From an uncultured virus (IMG/VR IMGVR_UViG_3300006145_000010) (Duplodnaviria; Heunggongvirae; Uroviricota; Caudoviricetes): a DNA stretch of 64,000 nt. The position numbers and the translations under genes were made by a program. This document shows positions 36,445 through 46,578 of this stretch, in pieces. The stretch lies in the IMG/VR virus record IMGVR_UViG_3300006145_000010; one strand, written 5' to 3'. The first letter of the stretch is position 1. Each line of letters starts with the position of its first letter. The notes under the pieces are model-generated. The model was not told where the DNA came from. It ran no database searches and worked only from the letters and a program-made list of their open reading frames with translations.

Positions 36445-37197
36445 ATGATTTTATTTAAGTTGTACCATAACCGGTTTCTTTTTGAAGAGGCTCCGGAGAA
36501 TGGAGGCGGTGGCGGAGGAGGTTCCGCCGCCCCTTCCGCTTCCGGACGTCCCAGCCTGGCTAATCCTGCACCGGAGCCGACTCCGGCGGATGATGAGCAG
36601 CCGAACCCTCCTCCCCCATCGGATCCGGGTTCTCCGCAGGGAGATCCGCCTTCCCAGGGGGATTACGTGTTGACGTTCGATGATACGTTTTCTGGAGACG
36701 AGACGCTGCAGCAGTTGCTGACCGAGACCGGCAAGGCCCACGGGCTTCCTGTCGAGGGGCTTTCCGCGTTTATCAAGGATATGGATGCGCGTCTGGCGGC
36801 CAAAGCGACCGAACAGAAGCAGGCGCAGGATGCCGCCATGGAAGAGGCCTGGAGACAGCTGGATGGAGAGTGGGGCCGGGACAGCGACGCACGCCAGATG
36901 CGCGCCGTTCAAATGGCCGGGAGGTTGTGCCGCATGGCCGGTATCGACCAGAGCGTGTTTAATGAGATGGGCATTGCCGATCATCCGGCCATGTACAGGA
37001 TTCTGGATGCAGTAGGCCGGATTCTGGACGAGCCGGCTCTTCCGGCGCCTCCCGGACGGCAGGAACAGCAGGCCCGCGGCGAAGCCCGGCGCATGATGCA
37101 CGATCCGGAACACCCGGATTATTCGGCATTCCACGATTGCGACCATCCGCGTTTTGCCGAGGTGAGGGCCAAGTATATGCGACTGATGGGTGCGTAA
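36445..37197 (+). CDS. Scaffolding protein
   Basis: Pro/Gly-rich N-terminus, LDGEWG, DHP motifs; terminator at 37218-37252. Confidence 0.75.
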   Translation: MILFKLYHNRFLFEEAPENGGGGGGGSAAPSASGRPSLANPAPEPTPADDEQPNPPPPSDPGSPQGDPPSQGDYVLTFDDTFSGDETLQQLLTETGKAHGLPVEGLSAFIKDMDARLAAKATEQKQAQDAAMEEAWRQLDGEWGRDSDARQMRAVQMAGRLCRMAGIDQSVFNEMGIADHPAMYRILDAVGRILDEPALPAPPGRQEQQARGEARRMMHDPEHPDYSAFHDCDHPRFAEVRAKYMRLMGA

Positions 37198-37250
37198 GCA
37201 GATATTGCTTTTCCAGCAAGCCCTGTTTCCTTTTTGGGAGCAGGGCTTTT

Positions 37251-38390
37251 TTAAGGAAGAAGTTCCGGTAGGGATTCCGCAGCGGAGCGCAGCTGATCCA
37301 CGGAGGGGCGGATGTACACGCTATGCACGGCGGAAGAGTCATGCCCCACCAGCTCCATGGCCAGCCCCTGCGATACGCCTGATGCCTGCAACAACGTGGC
37401 CGCCGTGGCCCGAATGCTGTGGAAGGACTTGCTGTTCATCCTCCTTCTGCGGCCGCCGGCCGCTCCATGCACCACGCCGATGCCATGGGTGCGCAACAGG
37501 AGGCCGAATTGATAGGACGCGCCATCCCCCAGGGCCAGCAGGGGCGCGTGAAGTAGTTCATCCGCCGGTTCCCCCGCTTCCTTCCAGCGGGCAAGCGCCC
37601 ATTGGTAAAAGCCTTCTCTCATGGGCTGGTCCATCCAGCGCCCCGTTTTGCCCGTGTCAAAGCGCACGATGCGGCGTTCCCAGTCAAACTGATTCCAGTT
37701 GAGGCGCAGAATATCCCCCAGCCGCTGGCCGTAGGTTTCAAACGAGCAGCGTACCGCGGAACTCCACAGGGGCGGGAAATGCTCAATCATGTAGCGGATC
37801 TCGTCGAGTGTGAAGGCTTCCTTGTGCAGCTTTTCCCCGGCACGGTCCGGGGGAATGGAAACGCCGGCGCACGGATTGCGGTCAATTACTTCTGAATCCA
37901 CGGCATCCGCGAATGCCTGGGAAAGAACGGACATATCCTTGTACACAGTCTTTTGCCGCACCAGTTCGCGGCGAGCCGCCACAAAGCCTTTGATGTCCGC
38001 CTTGGTGATCAGGCGAAGGGGGGCGTTCGCCCGCGCCCCCAGATACTCGTAAAAATGCTTGCAGGCGGTTCTGGCATTGTAGGCCGTCTGTTCGGAGACA
38101 AGAGCCGCCTTGCGCCCAACAAATCCGTCACACCAAGTCCGCACGGAAACATTGTTGTGCACCTGGTATTCTTCCGCTTCCGCGCAGGCTATCTGCACGC
38201 CCCGCTGGTAGGCGATACGTTCCGCCAGCTTGGCCGTGATGCGGTCTCCCTCGAACTCGCCGCCATTCACAGGAACTTTCGTGGAACGGCGCTTCATCTT
38301 GCCGTCCGGCCCCTGAAATGTCACCATCCAGTAGGGCGAGGATTTTTCCTTGTTGATGGACAGACGCCCCTTGTAAAAAGGTTTGCTCAT
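37251..38390 (-). CDS. int: Tyrosine integrase (phage B)
   Basis: GQRLGD (R), SFHSIR, VGH and VY motifs; N-terminal SPYW. Confidence 0.9.
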   Translation of the reverse strand: MSKPFYKGRLSINKEKSSPYWMVTFQGPDGKMKRRSTKVPVNGGEFEGDRITAKLAERIAYQRGVQIACAEAEEYQVHNNVSVRTWCDGFVGRKAALVSEQTAYNARTACKHFYEYLGARANAPLRLITKADIKGFVAARRELVRQKTVYKDMSVLSQAFADAVDSEVIDRNPCAGVSIPPDRAGEKLHKEAFTLDEIRYMIEHFPPLWSSAVRCSFETYGQRLGDILRLNWNQFDWERRIVRFDTGKTGRWMDQPMREGFYQWALARWKEAGEPADELLHAPLLALGDGASYQFGLLLRTHGIGVVHGAAGGRRRRMNSKSFHSIRATAATLLQASGVSQGLAMELVGHDSSAVHSVYIRPSVDQLRSAAESLPELLP

Positions 38391-38508
38391 ACCTGTAATA
38401 TCTTCTGTAATGGTTTTGTAATAAGGTTCGCGTAAGAAAACCTACACGAACCTTATTCATAATCCCCTACGTTATCAAGGTTTACGTAGGTTTTCTTACA
38501 GAAACTTT

Positions 38509-38524
38509 TGGCGGAGAGAGTGGG
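38509..38524 (-). other. attP core of phage B: tRNA-Ser-like 3' end
   Basis: Reverse complement CCCACTCTCTCCGCCA; (C/T)TGTAA arm-type repeats at 38393, 38405, 38416, 38560, 38571. Confidence 0.7.
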
Positions 38525-38675
38525 TGTTAAGTTTATTTCTATAAATAATTTGCTTCAATTTGTAACACTTCTGTAACGTCTGTATGACAGAGACAAGATG
38601 CCGAATTGGAGATTCTGCAACTGAATTGACACTCGGCAACTTGCAAATGTGCGGTTTCTGTCCCCTGATGGAAGC

Positions 38676-39644
38676 ATGCCAAGTAATTACACTTTACCCA
38701 TCTCCGATCTTTATCAGGAGACTTACGATAACCAGTGGCAGGAGCAGGTTCAGCAGGCTACGTCCCGCCTGGAACGTTTCTGCGTGATCAAGTCCGGTTT
38801 GACGGGCAAGCTCCAGGAGTTCAGTTTTGTCGGTACTACGGAGCTGAATGAGAAGCAGGGCCGGATGCAGGATATTGTGTTGGACGAGCTTGATTATTTC
38901 AAGCGCCGGATGCTGCCGGTTAGTTTTTCGAAGCATTTGGGCTATGATGAGGATGACGATATTTTCCTGCACGGCCTGGACGCTCCCGTGACGCAGACGA
39001 TTAACGCGCTGAAGTACGCGGCTGCCCGCAAGATGGACGATGTTTTGTTCGGCCTGAAGAAGCAGGGAGGGGTATATGTGCCGTCCAAGGGCGGCATTTT
39101 CGGGACGGCGTTTGCCGGCAATGACGGCATGGAACAGCTGGAATTGCTGGAGGCTAATGTGGTGGCAGTCGATTATACCGGCGGCACGGCTAAGGATTGC
39201 CCGCTGACGATTGAGAAGCTGAACCGTGGTATTACGCTGCTGCAGGAGAACGGGATTCTGGATGATGCTTCCAATGCCTACGGCGACCAGGTGTGCTGCG
39301 CGATTACTCCCCGCATGCGCGAGGCCCTGATTAATGACGAGCGTCTGCAGAAGGCGGATTTCGGTTTTTCCTCCCTGCGCAAGAGCAACGGCGCCCTGGA
39401 TCCGATTATGGGGATTCAGTTTATCATTGCTCCCAATTTGCCGCTTGACGAGGACGGGGATATCATTTGCCCGATGTGGATGAAGAATTCCCTGTATTTC
39501 GGTTCTTGGAAGCAGAATAAGGTGACGGTGGAGAAGCGCTCCGATAAGGAGGACACGATCCAGATCGGCCTTAAGACGATTATGGGAGCCACCCGCATGC
39601 GCGAAGAGGCGTTTGTGCAGATTAAGTGCAAGCAGCTTTCTTAA
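38676..39644 (+). CDS. Major capsid protein (phage B)
   Basis: QQATSRL, AAARKMDDV, GATRMREE motifs of BPP-1/N4-like capsids. Confidence 0.85.
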   Translation: MPSNYTLPISDLYQETYDNQWQEQVQQATSRLERFCVIKSGLTGKLQEFSFVGTTELNEKQGRMQDIVLDELDYFKRRMLPVSFSKHLGYDEDDDIFLHGLDAPVTQTINALKYAAARKMDDVLFGLKKQGGVYVPSKGGIFGTAFAGNDGMEQLELLEANVVAVDYTGGTAKDCPLTIEKLNRGITLLQENGILDDASNAYGDQVCCAITPRMREALINDERLQKADFGFSSLRKSNGALDPIMGIQFIIAPNLPLDEDGDIICPMWMKNSLYFGSWKQNKVTVEKRSDKEDTIQIGLKTIMGATRMREEAFVQIKCKQLS

Positions 39645-39676
39645 TTAGGATAACAACACATTTTATTTTATTGATT

Positions 39677-40132
39677 ATGGCAACGTATCAAACAGTTATT
39701 GCAGAGAAACAGCTTGCCCTTGCGGATCGGACCGGCCTGCCGACGGTGCCGCAGCTGGCGGCCATCCATACCGGCGCCGGGGTCCATGTGGCTACGGCGG
39801 AGTTCATCATGCCCGCGTCCCTGGCGGCCGATGACCTGATCGCCATTTGCAATGTTCCCTGTGGAGCCCGCGTGCTGCCGCAGCTTTCCCATGTCGTTTC
39901 CGAAGGCGTGGGGACGCTGCAGCTGACCGTGGGAACGAAGGAGGCGGCGGATGCTTTTTCCGCCTCCCTGACCGTGACCGCCGCCGGGACTTATCAGTTG
40001 ACGAAGGGTTCCCAGGCGGTTTCCACGGGGCCGGTGGATGCTGTGACGATGGTTTACGCGAAGGTGGGCGGAACACCGGCGGTGACCGCCGGCAAGAAGC
40101 TTGTTTTTGCTATTGCTTACGGTATTCAGTAG
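39677..40132 (+). CDS. Capsid decoration/cement protein (putative)
   Basis: Follows the capsid gene; VPCGARVL beta-sandwich pattern; terminator at 40157-40188. Confidence 0.6.
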   Translation: MATYQTVIAEKQLALADRTGLPTVPQLAAIHTGAGVHVATAEFIMPASLAADDLIAICNVPCGARVLPQLSHVVSEGVGTLQLTVGTKEAADAFSASLTVTAAGTYQLTKGSQAVSTGPVDAVTMVYAKVGGTPAVTAGKKLVFAIAYGIQ

Positions 40133-40261
40133 TTTTTTTTCCGTCGGTTTGTCCATAGGGCCGTCTCTGCATGGAGGCGGCCCTTTTTGCTGTTCCGGAG
40201 AAGAAACGTTGATTTTCGCCAACTTGCCCCGGTTGAACGCCCTGGGTTATGTTCAGGGGAA

Positions 40262-43200
40262 ATGAAGAGGATTTCCTTTAATGGAGGCGAGCTTTCGCCC
40301 GGGATTGCCGCGCGTCCGGATCTGGATGTTTATCATCGCGGGGCGTCCGTGCTGGAGAATGTGGATGTTTCCCAAACGGGGGGAGTTTCCCGGCGGCACG
40401 GGATGAGGAGGGTGGCCGCCGCTTTGGAGGGTTCCCTTCTTCTTCCCTATGTTTATTCCACCAATGACCGTTTTCTTGTGGAGGTGGCTCCTTCTCTGCT
40501 GCGCGTGTTGTCCGTTGAGGGGGATGTGGTTGCCTCCCTGCCTTCCGTGTGGACGGCGGCTGACGTTGCCGCCCTGCGCCACAAGCAGGTGAACAGCATG
40601 TTGTTTCTGGCCTGCCCTACGCATGAGCTGATGGTGCTGAGACGGGATGACGAGGGCATGTTTTCCCTGGCGCCCTATGAGTTTAAGGCCCGCCCCTGGC
40701 GGTATGAGGAGTTCCGGGATTTTCCGGTGCGCCTGACGCTGGATGAGGGGTGTTACAGGGTGTCTTTCGGGGAGCATGCGTCCGATGCGGACGCGGCGGT
40801 GAATGAGGGGGATGTGATGCGCGTCCAGGTGACGGTGCCCCAGCAGACCGGGTTCAGCACGGGGGCCGTGATTCGCCAGGGCTGGGTGGTTGCCGGGGCG
40901 TTTACGGCGGCCAGCGCTTTCACGGCTGGGAAAAAGCTCTGCCTCAATGAGGGGAGTTATTGGTCCTGGTGGACGTGCGACAGGGATTTTAACGGGGCGG
41001 CGGATTTTGTGGACGGCCTGACGTCTCCGGCGGATTATCCGGAGCATTTTCATAAGGGCGTGATTTGCCATTCCAATACGATTACCTGCAAGGGGACATG
41101 GAAGTTTTGGTGCAGTAAGGAGTGGTACGGCACGTATGCCGTGGAGCGGCGTTTTCCCGATGAGGATTGGCAGCTGCTGGGGACGTCCACTTCCATGGTT
41201 GGCTCGGCTTCCAATTTGCAGATTACCGGGGACGAGAGCGAAGAGGAGTGCTACCTGCGCCTGATGTTGTATGAGTCCCGGCTTTCCAGCGGTTCCGATC
41301 CCAGCCAGGGGTTTCCTCCGGACAGCTGCGGGAATAAGCTGGTGGTGGATGCTTATAAGAAGGATGTGGTGCTGCGGCTGCGTTCCGGCTCCCGGCCTGC
41401 TTCCATACAGCGGTTTTCGGTTCCCGCCACGCCGGCGTTGCGGCATTTCCTGACCTGTACGGCGTCTTCCATCCGGGCAAGCCGCGTGTGGGTGGATGAG
41501 GTGGAGGTTCCGGGGGCGTCCGCCGTGCTGACGCTGGGGCCCGACGGTGTTGACGTGACGCCCAGGGGGCTGCCCGCGGATGCGCTGGAGGACGGGAAGA
41601 CGGTCCGGTTTGCCTGGACGGAGCCGCGCAAATCCGGGGCCGTGACGCTGGACGCCCGCGGGATGAGGACGGATTTTTGGCCAGCCGGGGCGAGGTTTGA
41701 CGTGAATGTGACGGGGAACGCCCTGACCGGAATGGGTGAGGGCGCGGTGGTTCGGTTGACGGCCTGGTCCGCCGGGGATGCGCAGTTTACGACGGTTTGG
41801 AAGAGCAGTGCGGATGTGTATACCGCGCCGGCCAGCGGGTTTTATACGGTTAAGGTTGTTCATGATAAGGGCAGTACGCTGGAGGCTGCCGAGTGTCAGG
41901 CGGAGTTTTCCGGGGTGGCTTCCGGGGTGGTGAAGCCGGAAGTCCGGGAGGAGATGTCCGCGGCGGGGTTGTCCACCAGCGACGTGTTGAAGTTGACGCT
42001 GCCTTTGGAGGGCGATGCGTATGATTATTGCGTGTATGCCGGGTTGCCCGCAGTGAATGCCCTGGTGGTTGACGGGGAGCGTTTTTCCGGGGAGTGTCCG
42101 TTGTCCAGAGAGGGGCGGACGCTGACGGTGAGGCCCAGGGGGCTGACGACGGATGATGTGGGCGCCGGGAGCATGGTGCGCCTGGAGTGGACGCAGGCGG
42201 CGGAGTCCGTCAATAAGAGCGGGAACGGGAATGCGGCCAGCATTTTCATGAGCCGTTTTTTAACGGCGGGTACGGTGGTGACGCTGCAGGGATGGAGGTC
42301 TGTCCAGTCGGGGATGGAGATTGTGCTGCCTTCCACGATCAAGGGGATGTCCGGCGGCAGGTATGCGGAGGTGTTCAGCGCGATGGAGGAGGCGTCTTAC
42401 ACGGTGCCGGAGGATGGTTTGTTTTTGATTAGCGTACAGGCATGGACGGAGAGTAATGTGAAGTTGCGTTCCCGGGTGCGGGTGGAGGTGCCGGCCTGCA
42501 CGGCGTGGATGGAGGCGGAGGCTGCCGAGGTGACGGCTTCCGCGGAGTATTCTCTTTGGGATAATGTTTCCGCGGTTCCGGAGGGGGTTCCTCCGTCCGG
42601 GGAGTCGTTGATGTGGAGTTTCGCGGCGTTCCGGGGGGTGTACGGGTTTCCTTCCCTGGTGGATGTGTTTCAGCAGCGCCTGGTGTTGGCCGCTACGCAG
42701 GCCCAGCCGCAGACGGTGTGGTTGAGCAAGACGGATGACCTCAACAGTTTCGAGGTGGGGAAGCAGGATGATTCCGCGCTGGCTTTGACGTTGAGCACCA
42801 CAACGCAGAACAGGATTTGCTGGCTGATGGCGCAGAGTTCCCAGCTGCTGCTGGGGACGGCGGACGCGGAGTGGACGGTGTCCGGGGGCCAGGGGGTGAT
42901 GACTTACGCCAACGCGCGGGCGGACAGCCACGGGTTTGTGGGGTCTTCCGATGTGCCGGCCCTGATGGCGACCGATAAGGTGCTGTATGTGGAGAGGGGC
43001 GGCGGACGGGTGTATCAGTACGGGTATGATTATGAGAGCGACGGGTTTGTGTCCCGCGATTTGACGGTGTTCGCCGATCATGTGCTGGCCGGCGGCGGCG
43101 GGGTTACTTCCGGGGATTTTATGAGGAAGCCCCACCCGCGGGCGGTGATGACCCTGGCGGACGGCACGCTGGCGCTGATGACTTATAATAGCATGCACCA

Positions 43201-43651
43201 GGTGCATGCCTGGCACCGTCACAGGACGGAGGGGCGGATGTCCAACGCCGTGGTGCTGCCCAATGGGACCGGGGAGGATTTGCTGTTTGTGTCCGTGGAG
43301 CGTGAGGATGGGCGGTTTGTGGAGGTGTTTGATCCGGACGGCCCGTTTGTGGATGCCGGCGCGTGGGATTTTACGTCCACGGTGGTGACGAATGCGCTGG
43401 ATGTGGCGGAGTCCCTGGGCAGGGATAGACAGGCCGCGGCCGTGCGCGTGTTTTTTGCTTCCGATACGGCCCCGGCCGGTATTGAGGTGTCCAATGACGG
43501 GAGCGCCTGGGACCGGTTGAGCAAGACCAGGACGATGGAACGGGGATGGCATGAGGTGCTTCCGTCCGCCATGTGGAGGCGGGATGTGCGGTTTGGCATC
43601 CGGGTTTCCGGGGACCGCCCCCTTGAGTTTTTAGCTGTTGATACGCAATGA
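40262..43651 (+). CDS. Tail tubular protein B (nozzle) with internal duplicated domains
   Basis: SFNGGELSP...R.D, GGVSRRHG, FPS...FQQRLVLA, WLSKT, WHRH motifs. Confidence 0.85.
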   Translation: MKRISFNGGELSPGIAARPDLDVYHRGASVLENVDVSQTGGVSRRHGMRRVAAALEGSLLLPYVYSTNDRFLVEVAPSLLRVLSVEGDVVASLPSVWTAADVAALRHKQVNSMLFLACPTHELMVLRRDDEGMFSLAPYEFKARPWRYEEFRDFPVRLTLDEGCYRVSFGEHASDADAAVNEGDVMRVQVTVPQQTGFSTGAVIRQGWVVAGAFTAASAFTAGKKLCLNEGSYWSWWTCDRDFNGAADFVDGLTSPADYPEHFHKGVICHSNTITCKGTWKFWCSKEWYGTYAVERRFPDEDWQLLGTSTSMVGSASNLQITGDESEEECYLRLMLYESRLSSGSDPSQGFPPDSCGNKLVVDAYKKDVVLRLRSGSRPASIQRFSVPATPALRHFLTCTASSIRASRVWVDEVEVPGASAVLTLGPDGVDVTPRGLPADALEDGKTVRFAWTEPRKSGAVTLDARGMRTDFWPAGARFDVNVTGNALTGMGEGAVVRLTAWSAGDAQFTTVWKSSADVYTAPASGFYTVKVVHDKGSTLEAAECQAEFSGVASGVVKPEVREEMSAAGLSTSDVLKLTLPLEGDAYDYCVYAGLPAVNALVVDGERFSGECPLSREGRTLTVRPRGLTTDDVGAGSMVRLEWTQAAESVNKSGNGNAASIFMSRFLTAGTVVTLQGWRSVQSGMEIVLPSTIKGMSGGRYAEVFSAMEEASYTVPEDGLFLISVQAWTESNVKLRSRVRVEVPACTAWMEAEAAEVTASAEYSLWDNVSAVPEGVPPSGESLMWSFAAFRGVYGFPSLVDVFQQRLVLAATQAQPQTVWLSKTDDLNSFEVGKQDDSALALTLSTTTQNRICWLMAQSSQLLLGTADAEWTVSGGQGVMTYANARADSHGFVGSSDVPALMATDKVLYVERGGGRVYQYGYDYESDGFVSRDLTVFADHVLAGGGGVTSGDFMRKPHPRAVMTLADGTLALMTYNSMHQVHAWHRHRTEGRMSNAVVLPNGTGEDLLFVSVEREDGRFVEVFDPDGPFVDAGAWDFTSTVVTNALDVAESLGRDRQAAAVRVFFASDTAPAGIEVSNDGSAWDRLSKTRTMERGWHEVLPSAMWRRDVRFGIRVSGDRPLEFLAVDTQ

Positions 43652-45261
43652 CGGAGCCTGCGAAGACGAGACCGGATTGGAAGGAGCTGCTGGCCGACAG
43701 GTGGTGGCGCCTTAATCATTTGTATTGGATTGAGGATAAGGAGGGCCGGATGGTGCGCTTCCGCCCGAATTGGGCCCAGGAGGAGCTTTTTCACGGGCTT
43801 TGGTTCCGCAATACGATTTTGAAGGTGCGCCAGCTGGGGATTTCTACGTTTTGCGCCATTTATATGCTGGATCTTTGCCTGTTTGGGAGGAATCAGCATT
43901 GCGGGATTATTGATAAGACGCTGGAGGACGGGGAGGCCAAGCTGCGCAAGATTGCTTTTGCTTATGAGCATTTGGATTTTTTGCCGGAGAATCCGACGAT
44001 GGAGGACCGGGCGCTGGCTGCTTTGGGGAGGATGGTTAAGGAGGGGTGCGCTGTGGTGGAGAAGAGGGCCACCCGCATGGCCTGGTCCACGAACGGGTCT
44101 GTTGATGTAGGGGTTAATTTGCGCGGGTCCACTCTCCAGTTTTTGCATATTTCCGAGTTTTCCTATACGGCGCTGCATGATCCGGCCAGGGCCAGGAAGA
44201 TCCGCACGGGCGCGTTGAATACCGTTGGCAAGAGCTGCGTGGTGGTGATGGAGTCCACCCACGAGGGAGGGAAGGCCGGGCTGGCTTACCAGTTGATGGA
44301 GCAGGCTATGGAGATGGTGGGCAAGCCTCTTTCCAGCCTGGATTTCAGGTTTTTCTTTTTTTCCTGGATTCAGCATCGGGAGTATTGCCTGGAGGGGGTG
44401 GAGCCGAGGCTGGATGATTTTTTGCGGGATTATTTTTCCGATTTGAAGAGGCGTTACGGGATTGAGTTGTCCGAGGGGCAGAAGGCGTGGTACGCTACCC
44501 AGTACAGGATTAACGGGGCGGAGGTGAAGCAGGAGTTTCCCACCGTGCCGGAGGAGGCTTTGCAGACGTCCGTGGAGGGGGCTATTTACGGGAGGTGGAT
44601 TTCTGCCCTGCGGGCCGAGGGGAGGATCGCAGCCGAGTTTGAAGTGGATGACGTGGCTCCGATTTATGCTTCCTGGGATTTGGGGTTGAGCGATTTTATG
44701 GCGATTTGGCTTTGGCAGGTGGTGGGCGGCAGGTATTACGCGCTGGATTATATTGCCGGGAATAATCAGGCGGTTGATTATTACGTGGGGCAGATCCGGA
44801 TGAGGGAGAGGGAGTTCGGGCCTGTCGCCCTGCACCTGCTGCCGCACGATGCGGCCAGGAGGGATTTTTCCAAGACTTCTTTTGAGTCCGTGCTGCAGCG
44901 GGCCGGGTTCCGCACGGCGATCGTGCCGCGCACGTCCGATGTCTGGACCGGGATTAACGCGCTGCGGAATATGCTGCGTTTTTGCGTGTTTCATGAGCGC
45001 TGCAACCGGCGCCCGGAGATTGACGGGCAGAAGTATGTTTCCGGGGTGGGTTCCCTGGAGTATTACCGCAGTTTGCCGCCGGGGTCCAACGGGTGCGTGC
45101 GGGAGATGCCGCTTCATGACGCCTGTTCCCATGGCGCGGATGCCGCACGAACCTTTGCGGAGGCGGTGAGCCGCGGCCTGGTGTCCGGTCATGCAGGGGA
45201 GCCGGAGAAGGTGAAGAGGCCTCACAGACGCCCCGACGCTCTGGAGGGGATGCTTTATTGA
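43648..45261 (+). CDS. terL: Terminase large subunit (phage B)
   Basis: ILKVRQLGIST, LHISE, EST, WDLG..D, LLPHDA, SHGADA. Confidence 0.92.
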   Translation: MTEPAKTRPDWKELLADRWWRLNHLYWIEDKEGRMVRFRPNWAQEELFHGLWFRNTILKVRQLGISTFCAIYMLDLCLFGRNQHCGIIDKTLEDGEAKLRKIAFAYEHLDFLPENPTMEDRALAALGRMVKEGCAVVEKRATRMAWSTNGSVDVGVNLRGSTLQFLHISEFSYTALHDPARARKIRTGALNTVGKSCVVVMESTHEGGKAGLAYQLMEQAMEMVGKPLSSLDFRFFFFSWIQHREYCLEGVEPRLDDFLRDYFSDLKRRYGIELSEGQKAWYATQYRINGAEVKQEFPTVPEEALQTSVEGAIYGRWISALRAEGRIAAEFEVDDVAPIYASWDLGLSDFMAIWLWQVVGGRYYALDYIAGNNQAVDYYVGQIRMREREFGPVALHLLPHDAARRDFSKTSFESVLQRAGFRTAIVPRTSDVWTGINALRNMLRFCVFHERCNRRPEIDGQKYVSGVGSLEYYRSLPPGSNGCVREMPLHDACSHGADAARTFAEAVSRGLVSGHAGEPEKVKRPHRRPDALEGMLY

Positions 45262-45332
45262 GATGCGGCAGGGATAGAAACATTGATTCTCGCCAACTTG
45301 AAGGAAGTCCGCCCTCATGCGATTGTTGGGGA

Positions 45333-45878
45333 ATGGATAAGCTGACGTTTTTTTCACAGTGCCTTTCCCTGCTGGGGGATCAGGAGTTTGTGATGGATTC
45401 CCCGGCGGCCAGGGCTTGCGAGTTGTGGTTTCCATCCGTGATGCTGGAGGCCGTTTCCTATGGCCCGTGGTCGTTTGCCACGAAGGAGGCCGTGCTGGCG
45501 TGCCCGGAGGGGAACGGCCGGTTTCCGCTGCCGGAGGATTGCCTGAAGTTGTTGAAGGTGGAGGCCAGGCGCTGGCGCATGGCCGGCCGCGTGGTGATTT
45601 GCGAGGAAGCTCCTTCCCTGCTGCAGGTGCGGTTTTTGTCCAATGAGGCGGCTTTGGCAGAGATGCTGCCGGATCATGAGCCTTTGTTTGTGGAGGCCGT
45701 GAAGTGTTTGCTGGCTTCCAAGGTGGCGGCCACGGTGACGGGCAAGCCGCAGAATGTGGGCGTGTTTTTGGAGTTGTACAGGGGGTATGTTGCCGACGCC
45801 CTGTATCACGATGTGAGCCAGCGCGGGAGCAATGACCAGCATCCGCTGAAGGATATTTTGGATCGTTCCATTTTGTAG
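45333..45878 (+). CDS. Tail tubular protein A (adaptor)
   Basis: CLSLLG, PWSFA, LPEDCLKL, FVEAVKCLLA. Confidence 0.85.
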   Translation: MDKLTFFSQCLSLLGDQEFVMDSPAARACELWFPSVMLEAVSYGPWSFATKEAVLACPEGNGRFPLPEDCLKLLKVEARRWRMAGRVVICEEAPSLLQVRFLSNEAALAEMLPDHEPLFVEAVKCLLASKVAATVTGKPQNVGVFLELYRGYVADALYHDVSQRGSNDQHPLKDILDRSIL

Positions 45879-45882
45879 GGTT

Positions 45883-46578
45883 ATGGGCAGTATCGGTTCT
45901 TATGCGACGAACAGGGCCAACGCGAAGAGCGCGCTGGCACAGGGACGGGCGGCGCGGGATGCCGCGTATGTGAATGCGGCCAATACCGAGGCGGAGTCCG
46001 CTTCCGCTTTGCGTCTTGCCGCCGAGAATATGGCGACAGCCAGGCGCAATCAGACGGCCGCCACGGCTTCCGTGCGGGCTGGGAGGGGCGCTTCCGGGTT
46101 TACTTCCGAGGGGTCCGGCAGCCAGGCGGAGCTTGCCGCGGCCGAAGTGCTGGAGAAGCAGATTTCCGATTTGTCCCTGGGCGCGGCGATCAGCGACCAG
46201 AGCAAGCGCTATGAGGCGGCGATGCAGCGCTGGGAGGGGGATGCCGCGCTGGTGAGCGCGCAGAATCAGGCGGCGGCTTATAAGTCCGCCGCTTCCGGGG
46301 CCCTGGTGTCCACGGGGATTCAGCTTGGCGGGGCTTTGATAGGCAGCATTGGCGCCGGAATGGGGGCTTTCGGTTCGACGACGGCCGACCAGGGGTTTTT
46401 TGCCGGTTATGATCTGGGCGGTTTGGCCGGGAGCGTGTTTCCCGGGTCTACGGCGGATCCCCGCCTGGGGATGATGACGCTGGGGGCCTGGGCGGCGAGT
46501 CCGGAGAAGAGCGGGTTTTCTTTTTACGATTACCTGGGCGGCCAGAAGTGGAATCCTTACAGGAGCGTGTGGCGATGA
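45883..46578 (+). CDS. Small internal virion (ejection) protein
   Basis: Ala/Gly-rich, GASGFTSEGS motif, hydrophobic C-terminal segment. Confidence 0.7.
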   Translation: MGSIGSYATNRANAKSALAQGRAARDAAYVNAANTEAESASALRLAAENMATARRNQTAATASVRAGRGASGFTSEGSGSQAELAAAEVLEKQISDLSLGAAISDQSKRYEAAMQRWEGDAALVSAQNQAAAYKSAASGALVSTGIQLGGALIGSIGAGMGAFGSTTADQGFFAGYDLGGLAGSVFPGSTADPRLGMMTLGAWAASPEKSGFSFYDYLGGQKWNPYRSVWR

